From an uncultured Candidatus Saccharibacteria bacterium (GTDB taxonomy: Bacteria; Patescibacteriota; Minisyncoccia; UBA6257; 1-14-0-10-44-23), in contig CAYMXN010000003.1 in assembly GCA_964394435.1 (NCBI GenBank), positions 635 to 64,634 on the forward strand: a DNA stretch of 64,000 nt, in the 5' to 3' direction. The notes below the pieces were generated by a model. It did no database searches and had not been told where the DNA came from. It was given only the letters and a program-made list of their open reading frames with translations. This document shows, in pieces, positions 1 to 9,188 of the stretch; the stretch's first letter is position 1, and each line of letters starts with the position of its first letter. Position numbers and translations under genes: made by a program.

Positions 1-768
1 ATATTCCCATACACCACCTGCAAGCCCGGAGCGACTCGTGCGTGTTTCCATTATCAAATCGGTTTGTGTCCGGGGGTGTGTATCGGCCAGGCGGATAAAA
101 AGGAGTATGCGGAGCTGATTCGTAATCTCATTCTGTTTTTCCGCGGAGACAAGAAGCGCTTGTTGGCGCGGCTCAAAAAGCAAAACCCTGAAGCGATCCG
201 GTCGTTGCAGCACGTTTCTGATGTCTCGCTGCTTTCGGGTTCTGATAACTTTATGAAGCAGGGCGGTCAGTTTGCGGTTGGCCGCATCGAGGGCTATGAC
301 ATCTCGCACTTGTCTGGCAAGGAAGCGGTTGGCTCGATGGTGGTCTTTGAAAACGGTGAAAAAGATACGAGTCAGTATCGGCTATTTAAGATTAAGGGTG
401 AGGCGCGTGATGACTTGGGGATGTTGCGTGAGGTGCTCGAGCGGCGCATGGCGCATAAAGAGTGGCCAATGCCCGACGTCTTTTTTATCGACGGTGGTTT
501 GCTGCAGGTGAAAACAGCGCGGGACACGATTGCGCGGCATCAGATTTTTGTTCCGGTGGTGGGGCTGAATAAGAGTGGCAAGCACGCGGCATCAGCAGCG
601 GGGGAGGATAAACTCGTAGCCCTGAATGCGAAGAAGACCGGGAAGGAGTTGCTGCTTGGGTCTAAAAAACTCTTTCAAGAGGTTAGAAACGAAGCTCATC
701 GATTTGCGATCCAGTTCAGCCGCAGGCAGATACGCAAGGGAAGTTTTGGTTGGCGCCACTCGTTATAA
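1..768 (+). CDS. uvrC: Excinuclease ABC subunit C, 3' part (open at window start)
   Basis: Frame open from base 1 (CFHYQIGLCPG); RIEGYDISH, YRLFKIK, DD..ML.EVL.RR, PD..FIDGG..Q and RNEAHRFA motifs; ends without an HhH domain. Confidence 0.9.
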   Translation: MFPYTTCKPGATRACFHYQIGLCPGVCIGQADKKEYAELIRNLILFFRGDKKRLLARLKKQNPEAIRSLQHVSDVSLLSGSDNFMKQGGQFAVGRIEGYDISHLSGKEAVGSMVVFENGEKDTSQYRLFKIKGEARDDLGMLREVLERRMAHKEWPMPDVFFIDGGLLQVKTARDTIARHQIFVPVVGLNKSGKHAASAAGEDKLVALNAKKTGKELLLGSKKLFQEVRNEAHRFAIQFSRRQIRKGSFGWRHSL

Positions 769-824
769 AGAAGATACGCATCTTGACTAAAAGTCAGTAA
801 AATTGTTAAAATAGCTTCTAGAGT

Positions 825-1658
825 ATGAAGCCACAGAGTAAAAAGCCGTTTCCAGCACACACCCCAAAATCACTAGATAAAAAGCCAATGGGCGAGAATA
901 AATCCAAGCTCAAAACCGGCTGGGGCAATGTTGCCGACTGGTATCACGACGTTGTCGAAGAAAAAGGGAGTTATCAAAAAGACTTAATTCTACCAAACCT
1001 ACTCCGATTGATGGATGTTAAAAAAGGTGAGATGATTCTCGATCTCGCTTGCGGAGAGGGGTTTTTTAGTCGTCGCCTCGCACGATTAGGCGCACGGGTT
1101 ATTGGGATCGATATCTCGCGTGAACTTATCGAAATCGCCAAAAATGATCCAGAAGGAGTTGATGTGCGATACGAAGTCGCTCCAGCCGACAGTATTCCAT
1201 CGGTCAAAAACGAAACAGTTGATAAGGCGACAATTATTCTCGCATTACAGAATATCGAAAACGCACACGGCACGCTCGCCGAGTGCAGCCGGGTACTGAA
1301 GAAAAATGGTAAGTTGTATATCGTACTCAATCATCCAGCATTTCGTATTCCAAAACAAAGCAGTTGGGGATATGACGAAAAAACTAATACGCAGTATCGT
1401 CGCGTTGACCGCTACCTTTCTGAACTGCGTGAGAAAATCCAGATGCACCCAGGCGAGCGCCCAGATGAGATGACCATCTCATTTCATCGACCGTTTCAGT
1501 TTTATTTCAAAGCATTCAAGAAAGCCGGTCTTGCTGTGGTGAATATGGAAGAGTGGAGCTCGGGGAAAAAGAGTCAGCCTGGTCCACGCGCAGAAGCAGA
1601 GAACCGCTCACGCGCCGAGTTTCCGATGTTTATGGTGTTCGAGTTGATTAAGCTCTAA
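825..1658 (+). CDS. Class I SAM-dependent methyltransferase
   Basis: ILDLACGEG motif I, GIDIS, RVLKKNG; TTGACT-N18-TAAAAT promoter upstream. Confidence 0.85.
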   Translation: MKPQSKKPFPAHTPKSLDKKPMGENKSKLKTGWGNVADWYHDVVEEKGSYQKDLILPNLLRLMDVKKGEMILDLACGEGFFSRRLARLGARVIGIDISRELIEIAKNDPEGVDVRYEVAPADSIPSVKNETVDKATIILALQNIENAHGTLAECSRVLKKNGKLYIVLNHPAFRIPKQSSWGYDEKTNTQYRRVDRYLSELREKIQMHPGERPDEMTISFHRPFQFYFKAFKKAGLAVVNMEEWSSGKKSQPGPRAEAENRSRAEFPMFMVFELIKL

Positions 1659-1666
1659 AAAATAAA

Positions 1667-1706
1667 AGAGCTCGGACCGTCAGCAAAGTGCTGCGATACG
1701 AGCTCT
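1667..1706. terminator. Hairpin between convergent genes
   Basis: AGAGCTCG..CAGCA-aag-TGCTG..CGAGCTCT with T-tract on the minus strand. Confidence 0.6.
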
Positions 1707-2007
1707 AGGGGGCAGGGAAGTCCTCTGCGATGATGCGCAGTGCTTTTTTCTTAGTGATGTAATTGAACGCGAAGCACTCACAATCTTCTTCTTCTCCTTC
1801 TTCTTCGCAATCACACTCGAGCAAAGACCACCATTCGACATACCTATGTCCGAGCCTGGGAAGTGTTCGGCAGATGTGTGGGCCGCTATGGCCAATGACT
1901 CGCAAACATTCGCGATGTGAGCCATCTCCGTCCCCAGGGAGTCCCGTGTAGAACTCGAAGTCGTAGTCCGGAATCAGATACTCGCATCGCTCTTTGGAAT
2001 GAGGGAT
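1705..2007 (-). CDS. Cys/acidic ORFan of about 100 aa, proposed ATC start (SD-led unit)
   Basis: Minus strand AAAGGAGG-cgcgt-ATC is in frame with track ORF 1705..1905; no in-frame ATG/GTG upstream before the TAG at 2049-2047; TATACT -10 upstream. Confidence 0.6.
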   Translation of the reverse strand: MPHSKERCEYLIPDYDFEFYTGLPGDGDGSHRECLRVIGHSGPHICRTLPRLGHRYVEWWSLLECDCEEEGEEEDCECFAFNYITKKKALRIIAEDFPAP

Positions 2008-2062
2008 ACGCGCCTCCTTTCGTAGATGTAGAGTATAACTTAACTGCTATAGCGTCAAATAT

Positions 2063-2089
2063 AAAACCACCCCTCTGCGGGGTGGTTTT
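2063..2089. terminator. Intrinsic terminator
   Basis: AAAACCACCCC-tctgc-GGGGTGGTTTT. Confidence 0.8.
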
Positions 2090-2097
2090 GAGTAAGA

Positions 2098-2559
2098 CTA
2101 TCCTTTCGAACTTTCTCCCTTAACCACTCCTTTGACCATAAAGCGGACCATGACCGCGTCTCCGTTTGGATTGTTCGCAGCCACATCAGTCGAAGCATTA
2201 AATACGCCGTTTCCATCATCGGTATGTAGCATCGCCCAGTAATACTTCCCCGGGGTAAGGGTGACGATGACATTCATATTGTAACGAATCCCGGCTGGAA
2301 TTAGGGTGCTCGAACCAACAATCGCGCCAGGTGCGCCATTTACATCTTCGTGAATTACAACAAATCCTGGGGTGACAAGACTAACCGAGTCGACGAGAAC
2401 GCCGAGGTTGTTAGGATTCTGATCAGCAACGATGAGTGCGTTCGCATCTCCCGGTAAGATAGCTTGCGGAGTGTTTACGGCACTTTTACGCATAGCGAGG
2501 AAGTAAATGCCAAGAATAACGAGGACGATAACAATGATCCAGATAATAATTTTTTTCAT
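2098..2559 (-). CDS. Membrane-anchored surface protein with small beta-domain (DUF7282-like)
   Basis: N-terminal TM; V..VSL..PGFVVIHED..GAPGAIVG.S..IPAG and AMLH.DDGNG.F pattern. Confidence 0.6.
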   Translation of the reverse strand: MKKIIIWIIVIVLVILGIYFLAMRKSAVNTPQAILPGDANALIVADQNPNNLGVLVDSVSLVTPGFVVIHEDVNGAPGAIVGSSTLIPAGIRYNMNVIVTLTPGKYYWAMLHTDDGNGVFNASTDVAANNPNGDAVMVRFMVKGVVKGESSKG

Positions 2560-2574
2560 AATAGGTTAGGTTAA

Positions 2575-3588
2575 TTATACATACGCTTCTTCTGGCACGA
2601 CCTTGCCAGTAATTCGTTCAATGACATGCATAACCGCATCATCGTTCATCTCTTTAATAGTTGCTCCTTGCTTTCGCTTGATATCTCGAACATAGGCGAT
2701 AACACCCTTGATGGCTTCTAAATCTTTTTTCCTCACAGTTGGACTAGTTGCTGCAGGGGAGTCGATGAGTGAGAGGTAACGAGTTAACTGGAGCTCAATC
2801 TCTTTTAAAAAGATCATTTGAGCCGGATGTTCCTTCATACGATTCTTGGCTTCGGAGTGCTTTTGTCCAAGTAGAGAACTTGATTTCGCGCTCCGCTCGA
2901 GTTCGCGCAGTTGAGCGAGTTGCTTGATGAGTTTAAAACAATCAGCGCTATCAACGCCGACAACAACCGGTACAACGCCTTCGAGCTTACCCTTAGTATG
3001 TGGATCGGCTTTTGAGTGGAAGTACTTAACTACCGCCGGTCCATCAACTTGAGCATCTTTGCGTCCGAGTACGCGCTTGGTACTGTAATGGATTTTTTTC
3101 TCAATCGCCTGGGTCTTGCGATTAAGCGAAGCATCAACTGCTAAGGCGACGCGGTGAATTCCACCTTTTTGTGTCTTAACTGAAAATTCGAGCACGCCAT
3201 CGATGCCTTTATAGTCGTCATACTTAGCCGTACGAACATAGTGAGCCGTTACCGAGCCGGCCGAGAACCAGCCAAACTCTTCAACACCTTGCTCAAGTAT
3301 TGCTTCAAGTGCCTCACCAATTTGCTCCGCGCGCGCTTCAGTCTCGGTTGTTCGCAAGGACTGATGTTCAAGGCGCTTTTCATGCACCCAGGTTTCATCA
3401 TCTAAAATTTCTTGTTCAGGATACACACCTAAAAACGTATGCGGGTCGATACGATTGCCAATTTGCTTTCCGTGTTCATTAGTTCTGTTTTTGCCATAAT
3501 TAATAACCGTTTCGATTTCGCGACGCGGCCACGCTGGCTCATTTGGTTCTGCAATATGTGGGCGTTCAAATGCTCGGCCTTCAAACAT
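2575..3588 (-). CDS. Hypothetical protein, possible degenerate PD-(D/E)XK fold
   Basis: 337 aa ORF; YDD..GIDG...LAVD pattern; TAGAAT -10 just upstream of ATG. Confidence 0.6.
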   Translation of the reverse strand: MFEGRAFERPHIAEPNEPAWPRREIETVINYGKNRTNEHGKQIGNRIDPHTFLGVYPEQEILDDETWVHEKRLEHQSLRTTETEARAEQIGEALEAILEQGVEEFGWFSAGSVTAHYVRTAKYDDYKGIDGVLEFSVKTQKGGIHRVALAVDASLNRKTQAIEKKIHYSTKRVLGRKDAQVDGPAVVKYFHSKADPHTKGKLEGVVPVVVGVDSADCFKLIKQLAQLRELERSAKSSSLLGQKHSEAKNRMKEHPAQMIFLKEIELQLTRYLSLIDSPAATSPTVRKKDLEAIKGVIAYVRDIKRKQGATIKEMNDDAVMHVIERITGKVVPEEAYV

Positions 3589-3620
3589 ACCTATATTCTA
3601 TCACGCGCTTTTGAGAATAA

Positions 3621-3655
3621 AAAAAACGGCGGGCTCCCCAGGGAACTCCCGCCGT
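3621..3655 (-). terminator. Intrinsic terminator of the GC-rich ORFan
   Basis: ACGGCGGG..CCCGCCGT followed by T-run on the minus strand. Confidence 0.75.
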
Positions 3656-3684
3656 AGAATCTGACCGTTCGTCCGCGTAGCGAA

Positions 3685-4020
3685 CTACAGGTCAGCGACC
3701 GACTCGTCTCGTCGCGCCCGCTCGGGCGTGGGGAAGGGACCCTTCCCATAACCTTCGAGCAATCGCTGACCAAGACTCGGCTTACGCGTCGTGCGCTGCG
3801 TGGTCTTGCGACCAGGGGCGCGCCGTCGCGTCTTCGGCCGACTACCGAGGTTGCTGGCGACGTCTCGCAGGACGTCCGCCCGCACATCGGGATCGGTGAT
3901 GCCGCGCGCGTCGAGCTCGGCGTAGATGAACGGGCGCATGCCCTTGGGCTTGCCCGCCGCCCTCCACCGCTTCACTACCGCATCGGCAACCATCTGAACC
4001 TGAACCGTGGGACGACTGAT
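3685..4020 (-). CDS. GC-rich basic ORFan, proposed ATC start (alternative ATG at 3993)
   Basis: AAGGAGGTG-ttct-ATC AGT CGT CCC ACG GTT CAG GTT CAG ATG in frame; visibly higher GC than the flanks. Confidence 0.65.
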   Translation of the reverse strand: MSRPTVQVQMVADAVVKRWRAAGKPKGMRPFIYAELDARGITDPDVRADVLRDVASNLGSRPKTRRRAPGRKTTQRTTRKPSLGQRLLEGYGKGPFPTPERARRDESVADL

Positions 4021-4153
4021 AGAACACCTCCTTGAATGCGTGGTTTCTGACCGTCTGGTTCGTCAGTATTATAGCACACTTTAAGGTATTTTTCAAGAGC
4101 TCGAAAAGCCTGTAAAACAGGGCAAAAATGAGTAAATCTGCTACACTCATCAT

Positions 4154-5014
4154 ATGAGTAAACCACGTATAGGCGCTCACGTTTCTGTTGCGGGCGGCTT
4201 ATATAAAGGAATAGAAAATGGCACCGCCATCGGCGCGGAGTGTATTCAGATTTTTGGTGCGAGTCCGCGACAGTGGGGAGCGAGTCTGCCAAGTGCCGTT
4301 GAGGTGCAGAAGTTTAAAGACGCGTGGAAAGCGAGCAGTATTCAGTCTGTATTGTTGCACGCACCATATCTGAATAATCTCGCAAGTCCGGAAGCAGCGA
4401 CGATTGCTAAAACAATTAAAAATATGACTGCGCATATGACGATCGCCAAGATGATTGGGGCGACGGGCGTAGTGTTTCACACCGGCTCGGGTAAGGTGGA
4501 GGGCGTTCCTGCGCGAGAGGCGTCGCTGAAAAAAGCAGTAGAGGTGATGAAGCAGATTTTAAAAAATACTCCGGGCGATACAAAGCTGATTATTGAAAAC
4601 GTCGCCGGTGGGGGTGCGCGCCTAGCGGCTACGCCAAAAGAAATCGGGCAGATGGTTGATATGTGCGCGGATGACCGTGTCGCAGTTTGCTATGACACTG
4701 CGCACGGGTTTGAGGCGGGATTAATTCATGAGCACACCCCGGCAACAGTTAAGAAATTATTTGATGAGTTTGAGAAATATGTCGGGTGCGAGCGGATTAT
4801 CGCCGTACACGCCAACGACAGTAAGACTGAATTCGACTCGCATCACGATCGTCATGAGAATATTGGCCAGGGGTTCATCGGCAAAGATGCGTTTACCTAT
4901 CTTGCAGCTGAAAAGCGACTCGCACACACGCACTGGTTCCTCGAGGTGCCTGGGTATGACGGCCTCGGTCCGGACAAGAAAAACGTTGACATCTTAAAAG
5001 CTTGCCTCTCATAA
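4154..5014 (+). CDS. nfo: Endonuclease IV (AP endonuclease)
   Basis: IGAHVS.AGG, HAPY..NLAS, FHTGS, ENVAG, DTAH, HANDSK..DRHENIG. Confidence 0.95.
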   Translation: MSKPRIGAHVSVAGGLYKGIENGTAIGAECIQIFGASPRQWGASLPSAVEVQKFKDAWKASSIQSVLLHAPYLNNLASPEAATIAKTIKNMTAHMTIAKMIGATGVVFHTGSGKVEGVPAREASLKKAVEVMKQILKNTPGDTKLIIENVAGGGARLAATPKEIGQMVDMCADDRVAVCYDTAHGFEAGLIHEHTPATVKKLFDEFEKYVGCERIIAVHANDSKTEFDSHHDRHENIGQGFIGKDAFTYLAAEKRLAHTHWFLEVPGYDGLGPDKKNVDILKACLS

Positions 5015-5023
5015 TATCTATAT

Positions 5024-5434
5024 ATGAAAAAAACACTTATTGTCCTTGCTGTCGTAGTAATCGCTGGTGCGCTCGCATATGCACGGTGGCGTCCGGTTTC
5101 TGCGCCAACGCCTATTAGTACAGAGAGCGCTAATATTAAAGTACTCGCTCCGGCTCCGTACGCAGAAATTACTTCGCCACTTATTGTAAGTGGTGAGGCG
5201 CGAACATTCGAACAGTCGTACGCGTATCGTCTCGTTGATGAAAATGGAGATATGCTCGTCGAAGGGTTTGGTACGGCAAATGCGACTGATATTGGCATCT
5301 TTGGACCGTTTGAATCGACGATTACATTTGCAAAGCCCCAATCGGCAAAGCGAGGAGTGCTTGAGGTATTTCAGTACTCGGCCAACGATGGGTCGGAAAT
5401 TGATAAGGTGAGCATTCCAGTGGTATTTAAATAG
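5024..5434 (+). CDS. Membrane-anchored Gmad2 Ig-like domain protein
   Basis: I.V..P....ITSPL.VSGEAR.FE, FGPF, SA.DGS pattern. Confidence 0.75.
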   Translation: MKKTLIVLAVVVIAGALAYARWRPVSAPTPISTESANIKVLAPAPYAEITSPLIVSGEARTFEQSYAYRLVDENGDMLVEGFGTANATDIGIFGPFESTITFAKPQSAKRGVLEVFQYSANDGSEIDKVSIPVVFK

Positions 5435-5435
5435 T

Positions 5436-5621
5436 ATGAACAAGAAAATAGTTATTCTGATTATCCTAATACTGGCAGCGCTGCTGATTGGTCTACGCGT
5501 GAGTAAGCGAGAGGCTCCCGAACAGGTATTTTGTACGCAAGAAGCTAAGCAGTGTCCAGACGGAAGTTATGTCGGCCGAACTGGGCCGAAGTGTGAGTTC
5601 GCGCCGTGCCCAGTGCAGTAG
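5436..5621 (+). CDS. Small anchored protein with CPR-type disulfide motif
   Basis: TM followed by CTQEAKQCPDGSYVGRTGPKCEFAPCP. Confidence 0.75.
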   Translation: MNKKIVILIILILAALLIGLRVSKREAPEQVFCTQEAKQCPDGSYVGRTGPKCEFAPCPVQ

Positions 5622-5705
5622 GAGTGTCGTCACGGTTTAGGGAAGGCATTCGTTAAGCTATACTAGAAGTACGTTATTACCATTAAAAGCATTTGTATCA
5701 CCTAT

Positions 5706-6665
5706 ATGATGAAGTCGTTCATAGTATCATTAACCGTTCTCTCGTTGGTTACGCCAACTGCAGCAGTATTTGCCGAGGACGGAGTGAGTGGATCAGCAAG
5801 TGGCAATGGAAGTATTGAGATTGATAGCAGCGCCTCTGACGCTGCTAAAATCGAAGCGGCGAAGTGCGCGCAGAATTGCGCAGTTAGAATGAATCCGCTT
5901 GATATCAAGGTGTGTCTTGAAAAGTGCGCCGCTCCAATTTTAAAGCGCGCAGGTATTAATGAAGCAGCTCGCGAAGCAGTCAAAGAGGCTCGTGGTGAGT
6001 TCAAAGACTCTCGCAAAGACGCAATCGAGGATTTACAAGATGACCGCAAGAGTGGCTTAGATGATTTAAAGGAGGTTCGCCAGTCAGGAGATCGCGATGC
6101 GTTTGTCAAAGCTCGTGCCGAGTTCGAGCTTAAGATGAAAGCAAGCCGCGAAGAGTTAAAGACAAAGCTCGAGGACAACCGCAAAGCGTTAGTTGAGAAA
6201 TTGAAGGGTATTAAAGATGAGCGTAAGAAAGAAACGACCGAGCGTATTTACACGAACTTGAACGAGGTAAACAAAAAGACGACCACCGAGATGACAGAAA
6301 ACCTTGGAAAGATTTCAGAGTTCTTGGTGAAGTTGTCTGATCGCGCAAAGACTGCCGCGACCAACGGAAAGGACGTCGCTTCAGCTCAAGCGCAAATTAC
6401 TGCAGCGCAAGCTGCCGTAGCAACCGCCCAGGCCGCAGTTACGGTTCAAGCCGGTAAGACGTATAGCGTAAACGTAACCACCGAGGCGAATCTTCAGGCC
6501 GCAGCAAAGACTGTCCGCGATCAGCTCTTTGCCGATCTTAAGGCGACTCGTGAACAGGTTAAGTCAGCGCGCGATGCTGCGCAAAAAGCAGCGACAACGC
6601 TCGCGCAGTCTCTCGGTGCTCAAGCAACAGTCAGCGCCTCAACTAGCGCTGCAGTTGGTCAATAA
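5706..6665 (+). CDS. Secreted coiled-coil protein
   Basis: Signal peptide; C-x3-C..C-x3-C; long Ala/Lys/Glu helices. Confidence 0.75.
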   Translation: MMKSFIVSLTVLSLVTPTAAVFAEDGVSGSASGNGSIEIDSSASDAAKIEAAKCAQNCAVRMNPLDIKVCLEKCAAPILKRAGINEAAREAVKEARGEFKDSRKDAIEDLQDDRKSGLDDLKEVRQSGDRDAFVKARAEFELKMKASREELKTKLEDNRKALVEKLKGIKDERKKETTERIYTNLNEVNKKTTTEMTENLGKISEFLVKLSDRAKTAATNGKDVASAQAQITAAQAAVATAQAAVTVQAGKTYSVNVTTEANLQAAAKTVRDQLFADLKATREQVKSARDAAQKAATTLAQSLGAQATVSASTSAAVGQ

Positions 6666-6691
6666 GGTATAATCAAAGTAATCTCATACGT

Positions 6692-6910
6692 ATGAAAAAA
6701 CTAATTTGGTTGATCGTTATCGTCGCGGTGGTTGCGGGAGCCTGGTACTTGATGTCTGGGAAAGCTCCAGTAAACACTGATACTGCCACCCAGCAAGATG
6801 CACAACAGATTACCGCTGAAGCTTCGGCAATTAGTAATCTCCCAGGTCTCGACGACGCTTCGCTCAATGCCGAGTTCAAGCAAATCGACGCAGACAGCAA
6901 GAGTCTCTAG
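6692..6910 (+). CDS. Small membrane-anchored protein
   Basis: N-terminal TM; followed by terminator. Confidence 0.7.
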   Translation: MKKLIWLIVIVAVVAGAWYLMSGKAPVNTDTATQQDAQQITAEASAISNLPGLDDASLNAEFKQIDADSKSL

Positions 6911-6920
6911 TGAATAATTC

Positions 6921-6946
6921 AAAAACAGCCCTCCGGGGCTGTTTTT
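6921..6946 (+). terminator. Intrinsic terminator
   Basis: AAAAACAGCCC-tccg-GGGCTGTTTTT. Confidence 0.8.
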
Positions 6947-6962
6947 GTTGTATGCTTACTAT

Positions 6963-8108
6963 ATGAAGCGTTTAGGCAGTTTCGCGATCTCAATGGTTTT
7001 ACTCTGGCTTTTAATAACGCCAGCTTTTGCGCAGACCGCGAAACGGTTTGGATTTATCGAGGGCAATATTTGGTACTCCAAAGATCCGTTTTTTGACGGA
7101 GATAAAATTCGTATTTATTCAGGCGTTATAAATAGTACCGGTCAGGATATCACCGGCAGTGTTGAGTTTTATGATGGCACGGAGCTCATTGGGAAAGTGG
7201 ATTTTTCCGCCGTGGGTAACGGTACGCTTCAGCAAGTATGGACAGATTGGACTGCGACTAAAGGAACGCATAAAATCTCCGCAAAAATTATCCAGGCGAA
7301 TATTGCTAAAGTAGGGGGAGGCGCCGAGCCGGTTGCGCTGGCAAACAGCAGCTCGGGAGAGGATAACCGATTTGTTGATTTTGATACTGATGCTGATGGG
7401 ATCGGGAACCTTAATGATACTGATGACGATGGCGACGGACTAACTGACGCGCAGGAGATAGCGAGCCATACCGATCCACTAAAAAAAGATACGGATGGCG
7501 ATGGGATTGCTGACAAAGAAGATGCGCACCCCCTAGTTGCCGATGTGCAGACCGCCACCTCAACAATCGCGGACATTATTCAGAGCGCCGGACCGGTTGT
7601 AAATCAAGTTGCCTCGACTACCGCTGCAGTAGCTACGAACATAGTGCAGGCGATTAATAATCTCGCCGACGCTGGTGCTGTGAAACTTGATACGAAAGCC
7701 GATGAGTTGAAAAAAGAGATTGCTGAATTAAAAAAAGAGGAGGAGGCGGCAAAGCAAGGGGATGCACAAATTGAGCAGCTCAAGCAGAGTACTTCTACCA
7801 TAGCGGCTACGGGTGGTAAGCCGGATGTTGCGGGAACTGCTACCTCAAAAGGAACATCCACCGCTTCAACCACGTCCGAGAAAGCAACGAACTGGTCATT
7901 TACCAAAAATACCGGACCAGTTGAGACGGCAAAGCCTAAAGTGAGTTCGTCTAAGCGGCTGATGAAGGAGTTTTATCTCGTGGTAATTTCGACGACCTCG
8001 TTTATCCTCAAACACAAGCTTTTATTGTATTTCGTAGTCCTTGTGGTAGCCTACAACATGCTGAAGTTTATCCTGCGCAGGCTTTTTAGGCGCAAGGAGG
8101 CTTACTAG
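6963..8108 (+). CDS. Surface protein with Ig-like domain, thrombospondin type 3-like Ca-binding repeats and C-terminal TM
   Basis: Signal peptide; DTDADG/DDDGDG/DTDGDG repeats; C-terminal hydrophobic helix. Confidence 0.75.
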   Translation: MKRLGSFAISMVLLWLLITPAFAQTAKRFGFIEGNIWYSKDPFFDGDKIRIYSGVINSTGQDITGSVEFYDGTELIGKVDFSAVGNGTLQQVWTDWTATKGTHKISAKIIQANIAKVGGGAEPVALANSSSGEDNRFVDFDTDADGIGNLNDTDDDGDGLTDAQEIASHTDPLKKDTDGDGIADKEDAHPLVADVQTATSTIADIIQSAGPVVNQVASTTAAVATNIVQAINNLADAGAVKLDTKADELKKEIAELKKEEEAAKQGDAQIEQLKQSTSTIAATGGKPDVAGTATSKGTSTASTTSEKATNWSFTKNTGPVETAKPKVSSSKRLMKEFYLVVISTTSFILKHKLLLYFVVLVVAYNMLKFILRRLFRRKEAY

Positions 8109-8115
8109 CAATACT

Positions 8116-9102
8116 ATGGAGTCAGGGTTTTGGAAAAAATTAAAACCACCAATTTTTGCGTTAGCGCCGATGGCCAATGTTACCGACGCGGCTTTTCGCC
8201 GCATCATCGCAAAATATGGCGCCCCCGATGTATTCTGGACCGAGTTTGTTTCGGTCGAGGGGCTGCTCTCGCGCGGGCGGGAAAAGCTCTTGGTAGATTT
8301 TTGGTATACCGAAGAAGAGCGTCCGATTGTCGCGCAGATTTTTGGTGGCAAACCCGAGCAATTCGCTGAAGTGGCCAAACTGTGCCGTGAGCTCAAGTTT
8401 GATGGCATCGATATTAATATGGGGTGTCCGGATAGTGGCGTAGAGAAGTCGGGTGGGGGTGCGGCGCTGATAAAAAATCCAAAACTCGCGCAGGAGATTA
8501 TTAAGGCGACGATGACTGCTGGATTGCCGGTTTCAGTAAAAACCCGTATCGGTTATAACAAAGAAGAGATTGATTCGTGGATCCCGGCGATTCTTGAGAC
8601 TAAGCCGGCGGCACTTACTGTGCATATGCGTACGCGCAAAGAGATGAGCGCAGTCCCTGCGCATTGGGAGTTAATGCCACGCGTAAAAGCCCTGCGAGAC
8701 AAACATAGTCCAGAGACGGTACTCTTGGGTAATGGCGATGTGTATACGCTTGCCGATGGGCGAGTTAAAACAAAGGAGTATGGTATCGATGGCGTGATGA
8801 TCGGCCGGGGAATATTCGGTAATCCGTGGTTGTTTCGTAGCGAAGAAGGGCAACCATACCTTCCAGCCATCGAAGAGAAGCTCGCCGTCTGTCTCGAACA
8901 CACAAAATTATTTGAAAAATTATACGGCGAAGGTACGGGCGCAGATGGTGGTCGCCTCAAACCTTTTGACGTGATGAAAAAGCACTACAAGGCGTATATC
9001 AACGGGTTTCCCGCCCGCGCAGGTAGGGATGGTGCGAAGGAGTTGCGAGCTAAGTTGATGGAGGCGAAAGATGTTAGCGAGGTTGAGAAGCTTTTGAAGT
9101 AA
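8116..9102 (+). CDS. dus: tRNA-dihydrouridine synthase
   Basis: LAPMANVTD, IDINMGCP, PVSVKTRIG, GNGD, GVMIGRG..GNPW. Confidence 0.93.
   Translation: MESGFWKKLKPPIFALAPMANVTDAAFRRIIAKYGAPDVFWTEFVSVEGLLSRGREKLLVDFWYTEEERPIVAQIFGGKPEQFAEVAKLCRELKFDGIDINMGCPDSGVEKSGGGAALIKNPKLAQEIIKATMTAGLPVSVKTRIGYNKEEIDSWIPAILETKPAALTVHMRTRKEMSAVPAHWELMPRVKALRDKHSPETVLLGNGDVYTLADGRVKTKEYGIDGVMIGRGIFGNPWLFRSEEGQPYLPAIEEKLAVCLEHTKLFEKLYGEGTGADGGRLKPFDVMKKHYKAYINGFPARAGRDGAKELRAKLMEAKDVSEVEKLLK
9010..9027. repeat. In-frame 18-bp quasi-palindromic insertion (PARAGR) in dus
   Basis: CCCGCCCGC-GCAGGTAGG splits the usual GF-DGAKELR segment. Confidence 0.6.
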
Positions 9103-9188
9103 GGGGTAGATAAACGAGAGTTTTTATCCCCATCTTTAGAAGGGCTCTGTTTCGCGCGAGCATCGGATGTGGTACCCTAAGAGAGGTT

